From the NCBI GenBank assembly GCA_963663035.1, contig OY760074.1, positions 1,504,001 to 1,568,000 of the forward strand: 64,000 nucleotides of DNA, given 5' to 3'. Shown piece after piece: positions 58,125 through 64,000 of this stretch (positions within the stretch are counted from its first letter, which is position 1; the number at the start of each line of letters is the position of its first letter). Source of the stretch: Acidobacteriota bacterium (GTDB taxonomy: Bacteria > Acidobacteriota > UBA6911 > RPQK01 > JADFOI01). A model generated the notes under the pieces. That model had not been told where the DNA came from. It did no database searches and saw only the letters and a list, made by a program, of their open reading frames with translations. The translations under genes and the position numbers were made by a program.

Positions 58125-59468
58125 ATGAGTGATTTTCTTGAGCGGCTGTTTTGCGAAACCAAGATCAAAGACTTTGTCACTCTGTTCAAAGAAGCGGAAG
58201 AAAAGTATGGAAGCCAGGAGGAGTTCCTCAAGGAGGTGGTCGCTTATCTGCCTGAGCGTCTATACGAACACCACTACGAGGGCACCGTGCCCCATAGTTT
58301 CTTCGGCCTCATGTCGGCCTCCTTGCTGACCCAGTCTCTTTTCCCGGAGGAGGACCGCTGGCGCCCCCTGGCGCAACAGTGCTGGTTCGCCACCAAAGAG
58401 ACCAAGCGAACTCCTCTGAATCTCGATGACATCAAAGCTAAAAGTGAAGGCAGTGTGGAAGAGCGCTGGCAGCACTTTCAGGAGGCCGCTGATGGCGAGA
58501 GTTTCCAGGAGGCAATGGCCTGGGCCAAGTCCTTCTTTGACAAAGAAGAAGATCGACTGTTCTTTCGGGAGCACTCACTGGCCTACGCCATCAATGACAC
58601 ATTTCAGGGAGGGCAAAAGTTTCTCTATCTTTTTCAGGCCTGGCGTCTGGCCGAGGCTCTGAACTGGACCCACTTGGAGAAGATCATCTGCCCAGCACTG
58701 CACTTTTTGGTCGTGGGACCCAGAGAGCACTCACTCTCCATATTCGTCCTCAAGCACTGGCATCAGGATTCTCTGGCCTCTTTTCTCAAGAACAAGGGTG
58801 GAATCTCAACTCAGCGTTATCAGGAGGTCGAAAAGACGCTTCTCTTTGGCGAGAGCGTGGAGGAACCCCTCGAAATGCTGCAAACCCTTGCTGAATCGGG
58901 AGTCAGTCTGGAGGCCGTGCAGGAGGCGCTGCTCCTGGCAGCTTCCCAGGCACTGTCCAACTCGAAGGTGGGAGAGTGGATCTGGCCCATGCGAGCCTTT
59001 CACTTCATTTTCTGCATTCAGCAGTGGTCCGATCAAAAACCCGAGCAGAAGTCCTATTCCCTGCTGCTGGCAGCGGCACTCCTGCATCAAGCTTCCCGCA
59101 GAAGTCGGGAACTGGAACACAACCGGCAGTTGGATGAGGTGGCTCGCCAGCTGTGCCCCACCGAACCTCTCAATGTGCTAAAAAGCGTCATCAGCCACAC
59201 CGATCCCTATGCCTCAGCTACTGCCATTTACGCCCTTCTGGGGATGGACGACAGCAAGAAAGAGGAGCTCTTCCAGATCCTCGGCAGCCAAGCCGTCAAG
59301 AACGACGGGAACATGTGTTACGGACACGATATTCTGTTCATCCACGAAGTGGTCGATTGCTACAAGCGGCTGCAGCTGGAAGCGAAAGATAAGCTCCTGG
59401 TGTCTGCCGGATTCTTCCTGGGCCGGGTCGCCAAGAAATACGAACTCTTCGGCACCTACAAGGGCTAG
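58125..59468 (+). CDS. Hypothetical alpha-helical protein
   Basis: 447-aa ORF preceded by a strong SD (GAGGAGGAG); no family recognised with confidence. Confidence 0.75.
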   Translation: MSDFLERLFCETKIKDFVTLFKEAEEKYGSQEEFLKEVVAYLPERLYEHHYEGTVPHSFFGLMSASLLTQSLFPEEDRWRPLAQQCWFATKETKRTPLNLDDIKAKSEGSVEERWQHFQEAADGESFQEAMAWAKSFFDKEEDRLFFREHSLAYAINDTFQGGQKFLYLFQAWRLAEALNWTHLEKIICPALHFLVVGPREHSLSIFVLKHWHQDSLASFLKNKGGISTQRYQEVEKTLLFGESVEEPLEMLQTLAESGVSLEAVQEALLLAASQALSNSKVGEWIWPMRAFHFIFCIQQWSDQKPEQKSYSLLLAAALLHQASRRSRELEHNRQLDEVARQLCPTEPLNVLKSVISHTDPYASATAIYALLGMDDSKKEELFQILGSQAVKNDGNMCYGHDILFIHEVVDCYKRLQLEAKDKLLVSAGFFLGRVAKKYELFGTYKG

Positions 59469-59509
59469 CGCACCGCTTTTGAATTTTCAATTTCAGCCGG
59501 TCTTCCGGC

Positions 59510-59590
59510 TGTTGTCAGGTGTCAGTTGTCAGCGGTCAGCTGTCCGTGGTCAGTTTCAGGAATCTCCTGACTCCTGTCTCCTGCCTCCTC
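59510..59590. repeat. 7-mer tandem repeats (TGTCAGT and CTCCTGN types)
   Basis: GTTGTCAGGTGTCAGTTGTCAGCGGTCAGC and CTCCTGACTCCTGTCTCCTGCCTCCT; related ACTGACA x3 at ~50834-50854. Confidence 0.65.
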
Positions 59591-61521
59591 CCCGAGCATC
59601 TCCTGCTCGCCCCAGGCCTGTTCCCAGTCACCGGTCATGAGGGCGCCGGAGCTGCGATGTTCCAGCGGACAGAGAAGGTGAAAAAACACGAAGATGGGGA
59701 TATCCAAACCCAGGCTGAAGACCTTGAGTGTCTTCTTTAACTCTTTATCATTCCAGCCTTCCAATAAAGAGAAAAATCGCTTTGCTCGTCGGTAGGCTGC
59801 TACCACCTGTTGCCTTTCGAATGAACTCCTGCCCCCAATGGGATAACGGGTGGCCAGATGGGTCTGGACTGGATCTGTGTCGATCCTCTCTCTCAACTCT
59901 GGATGATCAATCCAGTCCCGCCAGAAAGTCTTCTTTTCGTATCTTTCCGGCTCTGCAAGCTGCAGGGCGCGCACCAGCGCTTCCCACTTCTGCTGTGAAG
60001 TTGCCCGACGCACTTGCCTGAGTCCCGCCGGGGAAAAGCGAGTAGCCACCAGAAGCTGAAGACTCAATGGAAAGGCGGAACGGGGTGGAAGGTTAAACTC
60101 TGTGAAGACACCCATGTGCAAAGCCATTCTCAGAAGCTGTCCAAGAGCGGCATGTGAGAAATCCCCTTCTTGGCCAAAGCTCCACACAAACTCCCGTGAG
60201 CGTTTGCCGGCTTGCTTGGTTTCCCGCTGCAGCAGCCTCAGAAACTGGACCTCATCCCAGTGATAGCGGGTCTTTTCCAGTGCTTCTGTTTCCTCCAGGA
60301 CAATGTCGCCGGCCGGGCTCACCAGGAGAGCCTGCCGGGACTCGCGCTCTGTGCTCTTGTGAAGTCCGACCCAATGGAACACATTGAAGCGCACGCTGAC
60401 CCGTTGCCCGCGGATGCGCTCAAACCTTCCGCTCACCTCAACTCCAGTTTCAGGGGCAGGCAAGGAACCGGCCAGGAGTTGGGTATAGCTTCTGCGAAAA
60501 TCTCAGGCTGGGGCCGCGGCCAGTTTGCCGCCAGCACCGTGGCAGTTCGCCTCCAGCGCGAGCTTTCCAGTGCCAGCGCGACTTCCAAACGTCTGCCCAG
60601 GGCTTGCTTCAGCAGCTGGTTCATTTTTCTTCTGAGTGGCTCTTGCAGCCCCTGGGAGAGAATCTGCAACGGGCCGCCAGTGGTTGGGCCGAGATGGACG
60701 ACTCGGACCTGACTCCCCAAGTGCACTCCGGCAGAAAGACTGGCTTGCCTTTTTCTTTCACGATGGCGCCGCAAGCGGAACTCTATGGTTCCAGCTCGTC
60801 TTCTGAGTTGGATGTTGAACTCCCCCTCCTCCACCGCCTCTACCTGAGCACCCAGAGCTGCTAGCGATGAGAGTCCTTTTTGAATCTTCACCAGGGGGAC
60901 TGTGCCGGGCAGTGCCCACCCTGCCCCCAGAGCCCACTGGACGCCCATTGCCAGTCGCACCCTTCCACTCCAGCGCCAGCGCACCACCTGCCTGTCCGGC
61001 ATCTCAAAAACTTCATCGGGATCCAGTGGATTTCGATAGCTTTTCCAGCCTTCCTGCAGCGCTCGCACCTGGGAAGTGCCCTCGGGAAAAATCGTGACCC
61101 AGGAGTGGTAGAGTCGGGTCTTTGCACCCACCTCGACCAAAAATGGTGCCAGATCCAAACCGGCCGTGGCTTCTGTGTTGACCTCCAGGTTCCATTGAAT
61201 CGCGAAGTGCTGGGGAGGAACCCGGAAATTGCCCAAAAAAGCATTCCCGGCAAAGAGAATCACGGACCGGACCACGGCCTCAGGATCGACACGCCATCCC
61301 ACACCACCCGGGCCCCTACCCTTCAAGCCCTGTGTGACTCGAAAAATCAGATCAATGGGCTTGGAGCGATGGACCAGACCTGAAGGAGAGACCTCGAGGC
61401 TATGGCGAAAGGGCTTTTTTTCCAGGCGCAGTTCCACCTTTGAGCCACTCACGAACCGTGAGTATCCTCCTTCCAATCGCCAGATGACCTCTGTTCCCAT
61501 GACACCCTTTCCAGAACTCAA
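59522..61521 (-). CDS. Large hypothetical protein split by one probable assembly frameshift
   Basis: ORFs 60433-61521 and 59522-60463 join if one T is added to the T4 run at ~60497-60500 (EIF-RRSYTQLLAGSLPAPETG). Start uncertain. Confidence 0.6.
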
Positions 61522-61672
61522 GCATATCTTTGATCACGGCCGCCGGGGAAGGAAATCTATCCGCTCTCATGGGGACTGGCAGATTTCCCCTCGCGAAGGA
61601 GTTGGAATCGTGTATACTTCGCAGGAAGCAGGGGGCCACCATAAGCACATTACACGGAAATATTGGGAGGCC

Positions 61673-62557
61673 ATGCCGATAAGAACTCACCCGGTTCTTG
61701 GAAAACTTTCCTTCCTGTTTATTCTTTTGACAAGTGTCCATCTTCTTTCCCATCAGCTCGAGGCGAAAGAGTCCCTCGATACGCAGAACTCAGAGCAGGC
61801 CTTGCATCTGATTCTCTTTGAGGACTATCCCTACACGATCGTCTCCCCACAAAAGCTCTCCAGTTACCAAACAGCTGATCTGCCCTCGGCAGACTTTCCG
61901 CGACAGTTCTCCTGCTTGTATGGGCCTTTTCCACGGCTTCAGAAATTCTCGGTGCCCGAGGGCTTTGAGATCCCCAGGAAACACCTCCTGTTGGACATTC
62001 ATACCCTCTCGAAGACCGCCTGGAGCGGGACCACGGTCTCTCATGAAAACGCCTTCATGAAGCTGTCTTACCAGCTGGAAGTGACCGATTGGACCAACGA
62101 CTCCTATGAGCTCAGCTTGAGTGGCGAGTACCTGACCTTCAAATTCGAGGATATTCCGATTCGGGGCAGGCTGGATCGAGCCAAGCTGGTGACCATTCAA
62201 AGAACAACCCGACAAACTCTCTTTGCTGTTCTCACCCCCGTACAAGCCATTCCGCTGTTTTCAATCGATGAAGGCTCGGGTGTGGACAACATTTCACGGC
62301 CACAACTCATCGAGGGCCCAGCACCGCTCTATCCAGAAGAGTTATCTGAAGAGGGCCAGGTGATAATTCGAGGTGTCATCACTGCCGACGGGCGGCTCGA
62401 CCCCGATCGTTTTGTTCTGTTGGAATGTCCCCACCCCCTTCTGGGCCGAAGCGCTCTTCGCACGGTCCTTAACGATTGGAAATTCCTACCAGGCGAAAAA
62501 GATGGAGAGCCTGTGGAGACTTTGGCCACCATCGAGATTCACTTCGCCCCCGATTGA
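61673..62557 (+). CDS. Exported protein with C-terminal TonB_C domain
   Basis: Signal peptide/TM; PLYPEEL..EGQVIIRGVITADG...WKFLPGEKDGEPVE..IEIHF. Confidence 0.78.
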   Translation: MPIRTHPVLGKLSFLFILLTSVHLLSHQLEAKESLDTQNSEQALHLILFEDYPYTIVSPQKLSSYQTADLPSADFPRQFSCLYGPFPRLQKFSVPEGFEIPRKHLLLDIHTLSKTAWSGTTVSHENAFMKLSYQLEVTDWTNDSYELSLSGEYLTFKFEDIPIRGRLDRAKLVTIQRTTRQTLFAVLTPVQAIPLFSIDEGSGVDNISRPQLIEGPAPLYPEELSEEGQVIIRGVITADGRLDPDRFVLLECPHPLLGRSALRTVLNDWKFLPGEKDGEPVETLATIEIHFAPD

Positions 62558-63204
62558 AGCATTTCTTCGATAACACCGAGTACACTGGAAGGTACCACGT
62601 GACCTCCCTCGAAATCGAACACTTCCGGCCTCAGCCCGGCTGCCCCAAGCTGTTCACGTGCTTGGGTGGCTTCCTCAGGTGAAACGTTCTCATCTCGGCG
62701 GCCATGGACCAGTAAGACTTGGATGGGGCGCAGCGAATCCAGTCGCTCCTGGATATCGGGCGGCAAATCCCCTCCGCAGGCGATAAGCCCCTGAAGCGGA
62801 AGCGAGCTGTGGGCCCAGGTCCGATAGGCCATGGACACTCCCTGAGAGAAGCCCAGGATAAAGACCCTCTGAGAATCCACTTCGAACTTCTCCTGCAGCA
62901 TCTTGTAAAACTGCTCCATGTAGGCGACAAAGTCCGAGACCGATTGATCGCGCTGGTAGCGCGTCAGCCAGGAGAATCCAACTCGGCGATCTTCCATTTG
63001 GGTGTAAAACTGGTGGGCAGCCTGAGGAGCGGCCACCAGAATGCCTTTTTCCGTCAGCGGCTCAAAAACCTTGATGAAGTGATCAGCAACCTGTCCCCAG
63101 CCGTGCAAAACGATCAAGAGCGGATGGGGCCCCTTCCCCTCCGGGACCTGCACACTGTAATAGACACTGTGGGAGATCTGCAGTTTGCCGTTGATCAGGT
63201 TCAT
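62539..63204 (-). CDS. Phospholipase/carboxylesterase (alpha/beta hydrolase)
   Basis: LHGWGQ, GFSQG, HGRRDE, GGH. Confidence 0.88.
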   Translation of the reverse strand: MNLINGKLQISHSVYYSVQVPEGKGPHPLLIVLHGWGQVADHFIKVFEPLTEKGILVAAPQAAHQFYTQMEDRRVGFSWLTRYQRDQSVSDFVAYMEQFYKMLQEKFEVDSQRVFILGFSQGVSMAYRTWAHSSLPLQGLIACGGDLPPDIQERLDSLRPIQVLLVHGRRDENVSPEEATQAREQLGAAGLRPEVFDFEGGHVVPSSVLGVIEEMLQSGAK

Positions 63205-63992
63205 TTCAGTGGAGTTCTTTGAGCTACCAGGACAAGATCGTAGGAAGTCCGGGGCTCATAATGCCCTCCTATCAAGTCCCCGTGAAGGGCCTGGATGCTG
63301 AAACCGGCATTCTCCAGGAGCGGGATCAGATCTTCCCGCCTCCAGCCGCGCAGTTCCACGATTCGGGAGCGAACGACCTCTACCGGAGGATCCGCTTGTG
63401 GGTCGTACTTCAAAGTGGTGGGGCAAAAGCGGACCCTGCCATCTTCCAGGGGTTCCATGAGTCGAAGAAAGACGATTTCACCATCCTCGTGCTGGCGGAA
63501 ACTCAGGGGAAGATGGCGAACCTTCCCCTCAAAGATGCGCTCGTAGTTGAGGATCTGAAAGAGGAAGAGACCTCCTGGCTCCATGACCCGGGCCAGCGAT
63601 GCAAAGGCCTCCTCCAGATCCTGGCGTCCCGTGAGATGAACCAGAACGTTGCCCAGGGAAAGGGCCACACCGAATTGGGTTTTCACCGCGTCCCCCACCT
63701 GCTGAATTTCACCCAGGACAAAGCGTAAATTGGGGGGAAGAGGCTGCTTCTGGGCCTTGGCCAGCATGGCCTCAGAGCGATCCAGTCCAACCGCTTCAAA
63801 TCCCTCCCCGGCCAGAAAGCGGCAGTGCTCGCCCGTCCCGCATCCCAGGTCGATCACGGACCGGGTGGGGGCTTTTCCCAGGACCTCCGTGAGAAAGGGC
63901 GCCTCGCGGCGAATTCTTTCCGGCCAGGCCACATAGCGTCGATAGTCTACCCGCGAATAGAGATCATTCTCAGAAGCCGGTTTCTCGCTCAT
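63201..63992 (-). CDS. Class I SAM-dependent methyltransferase
   Basis: IDLGCGTGEH, GLDRSEAML, LGNVLVH, QILNY. Confidence 0.88.
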   Translation of the reverse strand: MSEKPASENDLYSRVDYRRYVAWPERIRREAPFLTEVLGKAPTRSVIDLGCGTGEHCRFLAGEGFEAVGLDRSEAMLAKAQKQPLPPNLRFVLGEIQQVGDAVKTQFGVALSLGNVLVHLTGRQDLEEAFASLARVMEPGGLFLFQILNYERIFEGKVRHLPLSFRQHEDGEIVFLRLMEPLEDGRVRFCPTTLKYDPQADPPVEVVRSRIVELRGWRREDLIPLLENAGFSIQALHGDLIGGHYEPRTSYDLVLVAQRTPLK

Positions 63993-64000
63993 CGATTCTT

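Noticed and set aside
61229-61672. N-terminal 148 aa of the 442-aa TonB ORF
   Set aside because: It overlaps the divergent gene; a signal peptide and GGAGG SD support a start at 61673.

Overview
Bacterial chromosomal window, probably from an uncultured Acidobacteriota-like diderm (inference from the style of LptD, the tandem lepB pair, the GldAFG-DUF4340 operon and the OMP genes). It holds about 50 CDS and one tRNA-Glu(CTC). Housekeeping genes: lptD-folK-lepB-lepB-lepA, hemW, ispG. Accessory content: transporters (MFS, Na+/solute, ABC, OPT), a PQQ dehydrogenase, a Tat-exported sulfite-oxidase-family enzyme, a Cus-type metal efflux operon, two exported amidohydrolase paralogs, and an AT-richer block between lepA and hemW (SF1 helicase, membrane protein, VWA lipoprotein). 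The most unusual items are: (1) a tandem two-domain glutaminase whose second domain has lost the catalytic SxxK; (2) an exported amidohydrolase tightly coupled to a cohesin-like protein ending in CFFYLH; (3) a family of MITE-like hairpin elements with co-varying termini, which often begin or end exactly at stop codons and carry nested 20-nt modules and REPs; (4) a Cys/His-containing leader ORF and a YtkA/FixH-fused CusA in the metal efflux operon. Three genes are broken, mostly at homopolymer runs, which looks more like long-read assembly error than biology. No CRISPR array, rRNA, integrase or transposase was seen. All product calls come from motif recognition by eye, with no database searches.
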